A stretch of 64,000 bases of DNA from Carcharhinus amblyrhynchos (GCA_965287045.1 OZ336882.1:65100001-65164000); one strand, 5' to 3'. Shown: positions 49,534-61,989, counted from the stretch's first letter. Numbers and translations are program-made. Notes: generated by a model from the letters alone, not told the origin.

Positions 49534-49862
49534 GGGGTGGCGCGGCTGTACAATGGTTGACACTGCTGCCTCACAGCATCAGGGACCCGAGTTCGATTCT
49601 GGCCTCGGGTGACTGTCCGAAGTTTGCATGTTCTCTTTGTGTCTGTGTGGGTTTTCTCTGGGTGCTCCGGTTTCCTCCCACAGTCCAAAAATATGCAGGT
49701 TAGGTGGATTGGCCATGCTAAATTGCCCCTTACTGTCAGGGTGACCAGCAGGTTAAATACGTGGGGTTACAGGGATAGGGCCTGGGTGAGATTCCTGTTG
49801 GTGCAGGCTCAATGGGCTGAATGGCCTCCTTCTGCACTGTAGGGATTCTATGATTCTGTGAT
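49534..49862 (+). mobile_element. HE1-type V-SINE
   Basis: Head, V-domain and tail CTGCACTGTAGGGATTCTATGATTCT. Confidence 0.92.
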
Positions 49863-50129
49863 CTGCTGGCTAGAACTTGAAAATACACATTTTACTTCTT
49901 CACCCATCTGCCTTTCTCGAAGTTCTGGCCCTGTGTTGATATAAGGCCTGTCCACAGGGCTTTTCATCAGGGCAGGCATGTGTACGCGTGTGTGTGCACA
50001 TGCAGGGTGGGAAGTGTTGGTTAGAGGCAGAATGACTGAAAGCCATCTGCATTCCTAGCTGGCACACCATATATCCACACATGGCAGCAGCCTGGAGTAG
50101 AAAGTTCATGAGTTACCTACCCTGGTTCT

Positions 50130-50540
50130 CAGGAGAATCTGGACAGGCTGGGGCCCTTTTCTCTCTTCAAGGCAAGCTTGAGGGGTGACCCAAGATAGGT
50201 CTTTAAGATTATCAAAAGTTGAATGCAGAGAAGATGTCTCTCTTTCTGTTGGTGTTCAAAGTTGTGAGCTATAAATATGACTGACTCTTAAATTCAAAAG
50301 AGAAAATTCTTTACCTAATGAGTGGTAAGAATGTGGAATACACTTAGATGAAGAGTGGTTGAAGCAAATACGAGTTGAAAGTGAAACATGATGAACACAA
50401 GGGAGAAGTGATTAGAAGGTTATGCTGATACATTTGAGATGAGGAAGAGTAGGAGGAGTCTCATGTGGAGCATAAACACTACCAAAGAGTGTTGGACTGA
50501 ATGGCTCATTCCTGTGCTCTGTATTTTGTGTAATTCTATG
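50130..50540 (+). mobile_element. Old CR1 LINE 3' fragment
   Basis: CTTGAGGGGTGACC..AGGTCTTTAAGATTAT (LRGD..VFKI), TTCTTTACC..GAGTGGTAAGAATGTGGAA, and a CR1 tail. Confidence 0.75.
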
Positions 50541-51214
50541 TAGTTGCAGACTTGAGGTCAGTGAATTGACCTTTAGAAGGGTGTAGAAAGGACAGGTTGC
50601 CTTCCAGAACTTCCAAGATTGTCCCATAAGTGGCTAAAGGGAGAATCCACTTCAGTAAAATCTCTTCACAAAAAAACCTGGTGAATGGGATAATTCTCCA
50701 GGGTCCCAACAGCAACAAAGCTGTGAGAGGGCTCATTTTCAACACATTGCAGGAGCTCAAAGTAAATATTGAAACAGATAATAAATAATTTATGAAAATT
50801 TATCATTACTTCAGTTTTTTTTTATTGATGTCTTTCGTAAAACTTGGGGCATCACTAGACCCTAGAATGGGATGGGGTTAACAAGTGTCAGAGTAGGGAG
50901 ACAAGCTATATAAATATGTATCCTGCCCATTAATTCATGATGATTCCCAGTCTGCACTGAGTTAGCTGATAGGAGTCAACTTGATCCTAGTGGTTAGGGT
51001 GCTGCCCGGTGTTCCCTGACTGAAGGAAGGGATTATTCAGCTCTCGCTCCTGGGGATGGGATTTGCCTGTCAATCCACCTTAAAAATGATTCACTCCAAT
51101 TCAACAATTTCCATTTATGTGACACTTCTGACCCAATAAAGTATTCCAAACTGCTTCACTGGAACATCAGAAGTCAGTCACCGAGTCACAAAGTGAGATG
51201 TTAGGGCAAGTGAC

Positions 51215-51755
51215 CTATTCTTTCACAGAATGTGGGCATCACCTGCAAAGGCCTGGCATTTGTTGCCCATCTCTAATTGCCCTTGAACTGAGTGTCTTGC
51301 TCAAACATTTCAGAGGGCAGTTAAGGGTTAGCAACAGTGCTGTGGGGCTGAAGTCACATGTGGACCAGATCCAGGTATGGATGGCGGATTTCCTTCCCTA
51401 AAGGGACATTTGCGAACAAGATGAGTTTTTATAACAATCGATGATGATTGTTGAAGGAGGGTAATATAAAACGTATAGTATAAAAACCCATCATTTTAAA
51501 TTCACCATAATAAGTAGACTGAGTTAAGATAAAGATTACAAGGTGCCTTATATGTAAAATAAGGATTCACTATGTGCCTAATACTAGGTTTCACTATGAC
51601 GCACAGCAATTGCCCAAACTAATTTTCAATTCCCGATTTTATTAATTGAATTTAAACTCTGCCAACTGCTATAGTGGGATTTGAACCCATGTCCACAGAG
51701 CCTGACCTCTGGATTATTAATCCAGTGACATTATTAACGCACTACCATCTACCCT
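51215..51755 (-). mobile_element. Old tRNA-derived SINE (second family) with an AT-rich internal insertion
   Basis: Similar to 47083-47440 at 51215-51445 and 51615-51755. Confidence 0.7.
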
Positions 51756-53044
51756 CCAAAAGACTGGTTAAATAAGTAGGTGATAAGAAGCATCCTTAGG
51801 AATGATAGAGAGGTCAAGAGATGAAGACATTTAGGACAGGAATTTCAGCGCTTAGGGTCTCAACACCTGAAGGAAAGGCTGTCAATGGCGGAGCATACCC
51901 TACAAGGTCTAAATTGGAGGAGTGCAAAATCTCTGATGGTTTCTGGGTATGTTCCAAAAAGAACATGAGGCAATTTGGGGCACTGACCATGGGGCCACTG
52001 CCAAAAAGTTCATACCTTTGAAGGACAGGGGCACAGGGGAGTAGTGGATTTAGCAGTAAAGTTTTCTGCAACCATCAATGAACCTCTGGCACATACACTC
52101 CACGCAGACTCACACACAAAGAGGACTGAGCTGGGACTAAAGGTATCTGGACGACTCAAGCAAGATTCAGATCCTTCTGCTGAGGAGATAAGGCAGACAG
52201 AAAGGCCTACAGAAGCTAGGTCTTAAACAGAGAAGCACGAGGTTCATTGCCGTGAGGAGGGGGGCAGGGGGGTTGGGTAAGATTCACGCAGCCGAGATTA
52301 ATATGTTGGCACAAATTAGAATTAAGATAAATTTTCCCTTGTAGAATCAAATGGCTTTTACTCAGCAATTCCTGAGCAGGCGAAGACAAGGGACCCAAAG
52401 ACAACTCATTTCATTCCCCTCTCCGCATGCATATTTTGGTAATTGACACTGGCATTTGAATAAAGCAGCGCGCAACTATATTTGGAGACTCAGTCTGATA
52501 GCACAGAGACTCTGTGCCTTTAAGAGCATTCAGAACCTTTTGAGAGGTGAAATAATTGTGCAGTGAGAATGTCATTTAAACCTGGATTTTATTGCAGCAT
52601 AGTGGAAAAGGAGGGGGATTGGGGTTGTTGGGATCTTGCCAAATCGAAGTTAAACTTTTTCACATATTCACTTCCTGACATTGAAGCTGTCAATCAATGT
52701 CTCCCAGCTCCCCTGAGCTGCTTCTCCCAGGCTGGTTAGTGGGTAGAAAACACACACGGGAGGCTAGTTCCTGCATTTGGGCCCCTCTCTGACAGATGCT
52801 CTGACTTTCTGCTGACAATCCAGTGACAGGAAAGGGTTCTCTGCAGCTACTGCCTCTGCCCATTTCTGCATTCACTGTCAAAATATTTTTTTATAAAAGC
52901 AGGCGTTTGTCAAAATACGTGTTTTCCTTTTAAAAAAAACTGGCAATGTGAGTTGCTGGCTAAGAAAGAAAACAACTTTGAAAAATCTGGTTGTATTGTG
53001 CCACCCTTAGCCCACATCTTGCTACAACAGAACATATAGATGTA

Positions 53045-53408
53045 TAGAGAGAGATTGAGAATGAGAGAGAGTGACTGAGAGTGCGAGTGAGTGAGAATGA
53101 GAGAGTGAGTGAGAATGAGAATGAATATGAGAGTGTGTGAGTGAGAATGAGAGTGTGTATGAGCATGAGAGCATGTGAGTGAGAATGAGTGTGTGAATAC
53201 GAGAGAGAGAGAATGAGTGAAAGGGAGTATGAGAGAATAAGTGAGAATGAAGGTATGAGTGAAAATGAGAGAAAATGAGAGTGAGTGTGAGAATGAACAA
53301 ATGAGTGAGAAGGTGAGTGAGTGAGATAGTGACTAAAAAAGTGAGAGTATGGAAGTGAGTGAGTAAGAATGAGTGAGTGAGTGAGTAGGGATGAGTGAGT
53401 GTATGAAG

Positions 53409-53484
<76 letters not shown>

Positions 53485-53491
53485 ACGCGCA
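53045..53491. repeat. (GAGT/GAGAAT)-rich low-complexity tract followed by (GT)35
   Basis: Direct reading. Confidence 0.95.
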
Positions 53492-54920
53492 CATTTCCTT
53501 GCCTCTGATATTAAGCACAGCAGAACATTGGCACTGATGTACACAAGCCGGGAACATTCAGAAGGTCCAACGTTATATTAGCCTGTGCTGAAGTGTTTCC
53601 CGACTATATCATGGGGATAGAAGCTTTAGAGCAATGAGGGGGATGAAAGTTTGTCTTCCAGGTCACAACTTCCCAAATCTGCAAATCTTCTCCAGTCTGC
53701 TCTGATGGATACTGCCTGCTTGTCCGGGGTGGGGGGGGGAGAAGTGTGGTGGGAGAAGTGGGGCGGAGGGGAGGGGTGGGAGCAGGAGACCTGACAGTGG
53801 ATTCCACCACTTCCCGCCTGCTGCCTCATCACTTGTGCCCATATGCTGCCACTCGTCCTTTAACATTAACATTGTGTGTGCACGCTGGCACCTTACATCC
53901 AAGCAGAAGTGGCACCCACTTGTACTTCAGTCATTAGGATCTGTGCTTCCCATAGATTAAATCGCACCCAGTGTCTTCACTCTCCCTTCCCGTGCCACAC
54001 ATAAACTAGCACATTTCCCAATAGGAAGCATTGATTTGCAAACAGAAGCCAAAAACCTGGCTAATCTCTTTTCTTTTTTTGAGCCTGGGGCAAATGGCTA
54101 ATTGATGTGGTACGATGGAGGGCCATCACTATGGTAAGTGAACATCTGAAGGGTAGAAAGCAAAGGGAAGCAAAAATCATCCCAGGCCATTGTCAATCAA
54201 CTCCAAGGAATGAGTTACTCAGCACCATTTGGTGAGGTGTTGAAACAGGCTGCTTGCCCAATCTCTTAGTCAGGGGATAGACCCACAATGGCAGGAGGAA
54301 GGGGCCTGAAAACTTATCCCTCCCTCCAAAAGTAGAGCACTTAATACTTCAGAAGCTAATTAAATCTTCACAAAATTCTTAACTCGTTGCATCTGAAATT
54401 GTACTTAGTGAAAAAATGTATAGAATGACATTCTTTTATTCTTCTAGTATTTTTGTGATGCCTTTCATTTGTGCTGTTTAAAAGGGAGTTTTACACTTAG
54501 CCAAACTACATTTTACTTAACACAGCTGTTGGTGATTAGGGTTATCTCTGAAGCCCACAATGTGAAATCTGAACTATTACTCAAAAGTTCTTCTTCAGTT
54601 TGAAATGTTTATTTAGCCAATAAAACCTCAACTTTTAAAAAAAATTCTCAAAACCCAATTACACTCAGTGATTGCCTTAAAGTCATATTGAGCTTTCACT
54701 GGTTAAGGGCTTGGTTTATTATACCTGTTAACTGCAATACCTCAACCAATGAAAAACCAAGTGCATAAAGCTTTCAGAAACAGGCTCATACCTGTTTTAA
54801 GTTCAACATGGATTTTATCCCCTGATAGTTTCTTCAACTCATCTCTTTAAGGTGAGAACAAATATGCCTAGACCAATGAGGTACCTGATGCAAGCATATG
54901 ACTGGATAATAAGTATTGGG

Positions 54921-55300
54921 AGCCCAGTCAAACCAGCCTCCCATCCACTGACTCTGTCTATACTTCCTGCTGCCTCGGCAAAGCAGCCAGTATAATTAAG
55001 GATCCCACACACCCTGGACATTCTCTCTTTTACTTTCTGGCATCGGAAAAAAGATGCGAAAGTCTGAGGTCATGTACCAATTGACTCAAGAACAGCTTCT
55101 GTTAGACTTTTGAATGGACTTACCTTGCATCAAGTTGATCTTTCTCTACACCCTAGCTACAACTGTAACACTACATTTTGCATTCTCTTGTTTCCTTCTC
55201 TATGAATGGTATGTTTTGTCTGTATAGTGCGCAAGAAACAATACTTTTTACTGTATGTTAATACATGTGACAATAATAAATCAAATCAAACCAATCAATC
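54921..55300 (+). mobile_element. Rex1/Babar LINE 3' fragment (RT C-terminus + UTR)
   Basis: SLPSTDSVYTSCCLGKAASIIKDPTHPGHSLF..SEKRCESLRSCTN*LKNSF, a typical Rex1 C-terminus; tail TGTGACAATAATAAATCAAATCAAA. Confidence 0.88.
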
Positions 55301-55329
55301 ATGAGGAGCTGCACAGCTAATCCTAACTC

Positions 55330-55970
55330 TGTAACACAAACACACATGACTAACTCTCTCTCACACACACACACAAACTCACAAACTCTCACACACACAC
55401 ACTAACACTAACACACACCCTCACAAACACAAATTAACTCTCATATACACATTCACCTTCACAAACACAGGTACACACACTAACACTCACACACACACCC
55501 TCACAAACACACTCACACAAACACAATCACACATAATTATGAACATTCACTCACAGGCACACAGACATACATGAACACGTGCATGGAGTCTCACACACAC
55601 GCACACATATTCACCCTCACAAACACAGATACACTTACACAATCACAACCACACATAAACTTAAACACATGTTACATCCACACAGAGACACACACAGGTA
55701 CATGGATACACACACACTCACACTTTCACAAACACAACTTCATACATTCTTACAAACACACACATATGCACAAACTAACTCTGATTTCAAACGCACACAA
55801 ATACAATCACACAGCCACATGCACACACATTCTTTCATAGGCACACGTGTGTATGTATGCACATGCTGACAGATACACATTGTGCAAAGCTTACAAACGT
55901 GTATGCACATCGATAGGTACTAATATATGCACACAATTGTGCATGCATACAGACATACATATACACACAC
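55330..55970. repeat. Degenerate CA-rich low-complexity tract
   Basis: Direct reading. Confidence 0.92.
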
Positions 55971-56033
55971 ATTTTATGTGATTAGAGATAGGGACCATGG
56001 TTGATTTTCTTTCTCTCCCATGACCAAGGACAC

Positions 56034-56082
56034 AAAGTTTAAGTTAAGTTTATTTACTAGTGTCACAAGTAGGCTTACATTA
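56034..56082 (-). mobile_element. Isolated 3' tail of the 27341-type SINE or its partner LINE
   Basis: Reverse complement TAATGTAAGCCTACTTGTGACACTAGTAAATAAACTTAACTTAAACTTT matches 27593-27633. Confidence 0.8.
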
Positions 56083-56550
56083 TTGTCCTGGCTGGCTGAG
56101 GTCAACTAATTCAGCACAGACTGGGGATCAAGCCTGCATTCTACCTGCTCTGTAGGACTCAGTGTGGACATTTACCTTCTGAGTTCACAACACACCGGTT
56201 CAATCCATTCATGAATGTAATGATTTAAGAAACTGGAGGGGATAGTTAACAGGCAGAATAGAAGTAGCCTTTTGGTCATTTCTTGAAGGAGGCCATTGGT
56301 GGGCCCGCTCTCCTGAATAAGTTAAAATTCAACTGATCAAACAAGCCCAGATGTGCTGCAGTTAGCTCTAAATGCCCTGCATTAATCAATCTTTTTGTTT
56401 TACAAGCTAGAGATTACAATGATCAGTAATGGCTAATTCAGTTTAACTTAAACTCCTGCATAAGCAGTTCAGCTGCATTACTCCTGACTTTCACAATGCA
56501 GCTGCATATGTGCTTTTTGATTGTGAAACAACCTTCATTAAGCTGCAATT

Positions 56551-56915
56551 TTGGTCAGTGGTGTGGGGTGTGGAGGGAATGGGACAGCAGTGTCTTCCTG
56601 GTTGGTCAGTTGGTATGGGGATGGAGCGCATTGGGAGGGCAGTGTCTCCCTGATAGGTCAATTGGTCTGAGGATGGAGGGGATAGGATGATAGTGTCTTC
56701 CTGATTGGTCAGTTAGTGTGGGGGTGGAGGGAATGGGATGGCAGTGTCTCCTTGATAGGTCAATTGGCCTGAGGATGGAGGGGATAGGATGATAGTGTCT
56801 TCCTGATTGGTCTTGGTCAGTTGACATAGGATGGGAGGGAGGAGTGTCTCCCTGATTGATCAGTTGTTGTGGGGCTGGAGGGGCTGGGTTGGCAGTGTCT
56901 CCCTAATTGACAAGT
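56551..56915. repeat. ~51-bp minisatellite, ~7 units, with a 102-bp higher-order duplication
   Basis: Unit starts at 56551, 56602, 56654, 56705, 56756 and 56807; units 3 and 5 are nearly identical. Confidence 0.9.
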
Positions 56916-57059
56916 TTGGTACACTGTCCCACTGAGCAATGTTTTTTCTTAAACTTGTGACATGAATGCTATGTTTGTGGGATCTTCAGATGAAGGAAAT
57001 CAACCCTTCTAATGAGTTAAATGCCTCTTCAGTGAGTTCAATTCTTGCAGTGAGTGCTT

Positions 57060-57330
57060 CAGAATTTGAATCTAGTTAAATAAAAATTCCCACATTGAAA
57101 ATGTTGGCATCGGTAAAAGTGGCCATGAAGCTGTCAGATTGTTGTTAAGACCCAACTGGTTCACTAATGGCTCTTTAGGGAAAGAAACCAGCCATCCTTA
57201 CTCAGACCAGCCTGTGAGATTCCAGCCACAGACCAATGTGATTGACTCTTAACTACCTGCTCCCAAGGAGACCCACAACAACATCTCAGAGTGACTCAGA
57301 ATGTGTGATTAGTAAGATGCTTGTCATCCT
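57060..57330 (+). mobile_element. Old tRNA-derived SINE (second family), plus orientation
   Basis: CAACTGGTTCACTAATGGCTCTTTAGGGAAAGAAA..CCATCCTTAC..CAATGTGATTGACTCTTAAC is the reverse complement of 31300-31400. Confidence 0.7.
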
Positions 57331-57404
57331 GAAAATCAGTAACAAAGGGGAACAACATGTACTGACAATTCTCCAAATGAGGAGCCATCAACAAATGATA
57401 TAAA

Positions 57405-57680
57405 ATCCAAATAAAGGAACAGTCAGGCACAGTTTCCTTACCTAAAGAGTAGTGAGAACATGGAACTCACTATCACAAGGACTAGTTGACATGAAAAGTA
57501 CCGATGCATTTCAGGAGAAGCTGGATAAGTGCATGAGGAGAAAGGAGCAGGAAGGAGGTCATGCTGATAGGGTTACACATGTAACCCTATTGTTGCAATT
57601 GGACAAGGCTGGTATGGTGAAATAACTCAGGCTCAGAGCAGTGGAGTCAAATGGTCTTTGGCTATGTTGTACACCCTCTG
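57405..57680 (+). mobile_element. Old CR1 LINE 3' fragment
   Basis: TTCCTTACCTAAAGAGTAGTGAGAACATGGAACTCACTA..GCATTTCAGGAGAAGCTGGATAAG (R V V R T W N S L..A F Q E K L D). Confidence 0.75.
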
Positions 57681-57899
57681 TAAGTTACTGGCGATGAGGA
57701 GAACTACAACTACCTGAGAACATTCAGACTCAATGGCACGGTAAAGTGGGTTTAAAGGAGATGTGAGAAGTACAAGGACAACTTATCTGCTTGCAAAACA
57801 TTTTATCCTGTCTCAACATTTGGAAATGTTTCATCAGAAAGTAATCCAGTCTCTGGCTACTGCCACTTCCCAGTTCCCAGCAGTGCACTCACTGCAAAC

Positions 57900-58447
57900 T
57901 GGAATGCCACATTGCACCAGCAGTCCTCCAGTACCTCATTCATGTGGCCAAGGCAGCTGAAATGAATCCAGATGGTGGGTGCCACCAGGCTATTCAGCGT
58001 CAAGGTGCATCAACGCAGTTTCATTTTGTCCTCAGTGTCCTCCCATGTGTACACACTTCAACAGAAGACTCTGCAATCAGGGGTCCAGAACTGAGTCCTG
58101 ATAGCACCTGTAGTCCTCCTCATAGATACTGACTTATATGAAACATAGAGACCAAGAATTGAGGCACAGCAGTAATCTGTCCAATTGTCCAACCTGTACC
58201 AGAGCATTGCCAACCTGGCTTTCTTCTTGATGCTCTTTGAACAGGTGTGGCTATCTTGCCAAAAGTTCCTTGTTTTGGGTTCCTTAAATCTGGTGTCACA
58301 TACACAGCACTCAGGCAAAATCATTAGCCATATATCTATCCTCTGTAGCTGTATCATACCTGCCTTTCTGCAGCTGTTTGTAAGGACTACACAAACGTGC
58401 AAATATATTGCATCTTTCGTGGTTGCTTCATTCACCTGCTCTATCAC
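57900..58447 (-). mobile_element. Old Gypsy (Mag-like) integrase zinc-binding region relic
   Basis: ORF 58058-58447: EQVNEATTKDAI (QQIREETRRDPV), ECCVCDTRFKEP (GCLLWGLRVIIP), SHTCSKSIKKKARLAMLWYRLD (SHPGIVRMKALARSYVWWPGLD). Confidence 0.6.
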
Positions 58448-59084
58448 CCCGTCCCTTGCATAGCTCTATTTCTGTCCCTCTCAAAGCAGTATTTATTGGT
58501 ATTTCCATCCTCACACAGTCACCCTGAGGATTCTCAAGGATTTATCTCCACTTCTTCATTTATATGCAGCTTCTCAGTGAGGTTCTCCCAAAAAAGGGAG
58601 CTCAGATCCTGTGTGTGATTCCCAACACCTTGCTCAATCTCACCTTCACTTTCCTTGTTCTCACAATAAACCATGCTGTCCAACTGCCTGTTTGACATTA
58701 ACTTGTCAATATGGCAAAACTTTCATCAGCAAAACAGCCTAAGATCAAACTCATCTCTTCAGCCCACCTCATGAATTCATCTCCCTGCCTTTCCACCTAC
58801 TCTGAGCACACTGCCAGGCCTCGTGTAGATTGAATCGAGCCACAGCAATTGTTGGCACTCAGTTCAATCCAAAGCTGAGTTTCAAATGTCTTACCACAAA
58901 ATCAACACTTACCTGTGTTGATGCCTTACCCCAAAATCAACACTTACACGCTTCTGTCCCGATGTCACCAGCACTGGCGCCAAACTCATACAAATCTTTT
59001 TGACTCCCTGCCCCTGGCCTCCAATCTTCCAACCTCTGGAAATTTATAACAGTGAAGCCAGTTATTGCCCATCTACTTCTACCT

Positions 59085-59417
59085 CAGCTAAGTCAGCCCA
59101 GTTATGAGGATTTCTTTCCTTGGTTGTGTCGCTAAGCACTATACAACATATCCACAAGAACAGCATTGCCATTGGTGCCTGATACTCTGAGGACTCAAGG
59201 AAACCTATTGTTTATTAGGGCCTGAATTACAGATACTGCTTAGCCTTGGCTCTGTGGCACTCATGCCTCTAAGGCAGAAAGTTGGGTGTTCTGCATCTCA
59301 CCCCAGAGCCACCAGCACATCCACAGAACTGACATTTCAGTGCAATAATGAGGGAGTGCCGCACTATTAAAGGTGCCAACTCTCACATGACAGATTCAAA
59401 AGTCTGTTTGCTCTCCA
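59085..59417 (+). repeat. Diverged direct copy of 61157-61525
   Basis: Shared CATATCCACAAGA, ACTCAAGGAAACCTA.TGTTTATT, ACAGATACTGCT.AGCCTTG, CTCTAAGGCAGAA in the same order. Confidence 0.85.
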
Positions 59418-59649
59418 CCCCTATCCCTTACTGACTCTGTTCCCCAATCCTTTCAACTTTAAATCCCTATACTCATTTTCAGATCCCTCTGGCCTGCACC
59501 CTACCCTATGTCTGCAATTGTCTCTTTGCAGCACACTTCAGCTCTCCATTCCCGAATGCACACCCCCTCTCTTGCCCCAATCCACTTGACACCCTTGGTC
59601 CTACTCACTTTAACTTTCTCCCTGAATGCTGAGGCCAGAATTCTCTGAT

Positions 59650-59963
59650 ATCACAGAATCCCAGCAGTGCAAAAAGAGACCATTCAGCCCATCGAGCCTG
59701 CACTGATGACAATCCCAGCCAGGCCCTATCCCTGTAACCCACATATTTAGCCTGTTAATCTCCCTGATACTAAGGGGCAATTTAGCATGGCCAATCAATC
59801 TAACCCAAGCGTCTTTCGGACTGTGGGAGGAAACTGGAACACCCGGAGAAAACCCAAGCAGACAAGGGGAGAATGTGCAAACTCCACAGACGGTGGTCCA
59901 AGGCCCGAATCAAACCAGGATCCCTGGAGCCGTGAGGCAGCAGTGCTAACCACTGTGCCATCC
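59650..59963 (-). mobile_element. HE1-type V-SINE
   Basis: Reverse-complement head (GGCACAGTGGTTAGCACTGCTGCCTCAC), core and tail. Confidence 0.92.
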
Positions 59964-61329
59964 ATCATATGCTCCACCACCACCACCAATGAGAATGAAG
60001 AATTTGGCGCTCAGCCAAATCATCATTCAATGCAGTGGGAAAATCACATCTGCGGGCGAGGTTGGAGAGTTCCAGTCTCTGGGTCTTTTCGTTTCCTCTA
60101 CGGTTCTATTTACATGCTAAAGAACCTGCTTTCTGACCTGGATCTCTCCTAACTTTCACAAGGTGGTTCCATGTTAGTGGTTTCTCACCCCTTCTGTAAA
60201 GTGCCTCAGGACATGGCCTACATTAAAAGAGCAATATAAATGTAAGCTAATTATCAGCAGATTCAGATTCCAGATCCATCCGCTCACTCTGGGGAAGTAT
60301 GCTGACTGATGAAGAGCAGAAAATGTTAATCTGCTGATTTAACAACAAGCCCTTACAAGCAGACCAGCAGCTGGCAAGTTGCAGCAACACCACACTCCCC
60401 ACCCCTTCCATTCCTTCCCCAGTCCTCACTATTCTGTCAAAATTGGGGTGTGGGGGGTGGGGGGACCATCAAATCATGCTTCCAATATTAGCATTTGATT
60501 CAGCTGTCAGCCTGGCTAAGATCAAATCGGGATCCTTCCTGGTTTATAATGCCTATAGGAAATAAAATTAAAGAAAAAAGATATGCAACAAGTCAATTGA
60601 GGAAAAAGAAATGGATTGTTTCATTTAACTGTGCTTCAGTAATGTCTGTGATAATCTTCTCTTGTATAAACACCCTTTCTGAGTGTCTCTTAAAGTGACT
60701 GTATAAATATGATAAATGATGCCACCATCAAAATTAATCTCATCCATATTATGTGCCTGAGCAGCTCCATATTCCAATAATAAACTGTATCATTGCAACC
60801 GTACAGTCACTAGAACACTGCACTCAATCTGCAATAACTCGAACTTCATTCCCAGTGTTGCAAATGACCACGTTCCTCCTGTGTCCTTATGCAAACAAGT
60901 CACACTAGCTTTCCCTGTGACATTCATCTTTACCAGTTAATCAAAGAAGAAATAATGCATTGCAATTGCTGTTAGAAACAAGCTCAATCACATTAAAAGT
61001 ATTTTTCCAGCATCCCTGGACCACGTAGGCAGGAAAGAAAAAAAATCAGCCAAGGGTCCTGTTCATTATGCAAACACACCACCCAGGAAGTGATAGGATT
61101 TTGAGGTCAGATGTAGTACATCTACAGCCAGCTCAGCTGACTCTGCACATTGACTGCTAGCTCAGCTAACTCTGCATGATTACTAGGATTTCTTTCCTTG
61201 TTTGTAGGGCTCAGCACCGCAGCACATATCCACAAGAGCCTCATTGCTATTGGATAACACCATCTTGAACCCGATACTCTTGAAAACTCAAGGAAACCTA
61301 CTGTTTATTGCAGGCTTGAATGACAGATA

Positions 61330-61740
61330 CTGCTCAGCCTTGATCCTGTGGCATTTGCAGGGTCTCTAAGGCAGAAGACTGGCCCACTCCAGAGCCATAA
61401 GCACGTGCATTGACCTACTATTTCAGAGCAGTATTGAGGTAGTGCTGCGCTATTGGAGGTGCCATCTCTGACACGAGATATTAAAATAAGTATTTTTCCA
61501 GCATCTTCCTCTGCCCTCCAAGGTGACCTTAAATTCTTATGGCCAAGGTACTGTTCAAAGAGCAGAAGAATAGCTATCCAAATGTTTATTCACCAAAACC
61601 TTTTATATCATTGCTGTCCATCAGACGTTGCACATATCCCTACACTACAACAGTGTCAACATTTTAAAAATAAGTTATTAGCTTAATTAGTACTTTGGGA
61701 TGTCCTGAGGATATGCATCAATCCAAATGTTTTTATTTTT
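61330..61740 (+). mobile_element. DeuSINE/SacSINE1-like old SINE
   Basis: CCCACTCCAGAG..CAGTATTGAGG.AGTGCTGC..CCCTACACTACAACAGTG..ACTTTGGGATGTCCTGAGG. Confidence 0.6.
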
Positions 61741-61745
61741 GTTAT

Positions 61746-61951
61746 GGTTGGGATTTTCCGCTCCCTGCGCAGCATGTTTCGCAGTTGCTGAGACGGCTCA
61801 CTGTTGGCCAGCAGCAGGGTCTTCTGATCCTGTCACTTCAACAGGGTTTCCCATTGTACACAGCCCCCACCATTGGGAACCCCATGGATGGGGTTCACCA
61901 TTACTGGGACTAGAAAATCCCGCTGGTGGGAATGGCTGGAAAATTTCAGCC
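61746..61951. mobile_element. MITE with 14-bp imperfect TIRs and a 3-bp TSD (Harbinger-like)
   Basis: GGTTGGGATTTTCC ... GGAAAATTTCAGCC flanked by TAT/TAT. Confidence 0.68.
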
Positions 61952-61989
61952 TATGCATTCTGCCAAGCCTTGCACCAAAATCCTCGAGT

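Larger units (their letters stand above)
58470..60247 (+). mobile_element. Fragmented L2 LINE (RT to 3' end) interrupted by later insertions
   Basis: CTCAAGGATTT..CCACTTCTTCATTTATATGCAGC (PQG..PLLFIYM), CTGTCCAACTGCCTGTTTGACATT (LSNCLFDI), and the L2 3' end CTGTAAAGTGCCTCAGGAC..ATATAAATGTAAG at 60195-60246. Confidence 0.6.

Noticed and set aside
52960-53581. His/Thr- or Cys/Val-rich ORFs (also at 804-1319, 16024, 41601, 55571)
   Set aside because: Translations of CA/GT microsatellites.
60306-60325. CTGATGA..GAAA
   Set aside because: Only 6 nt lie between the boxes, with no stem II pairing.
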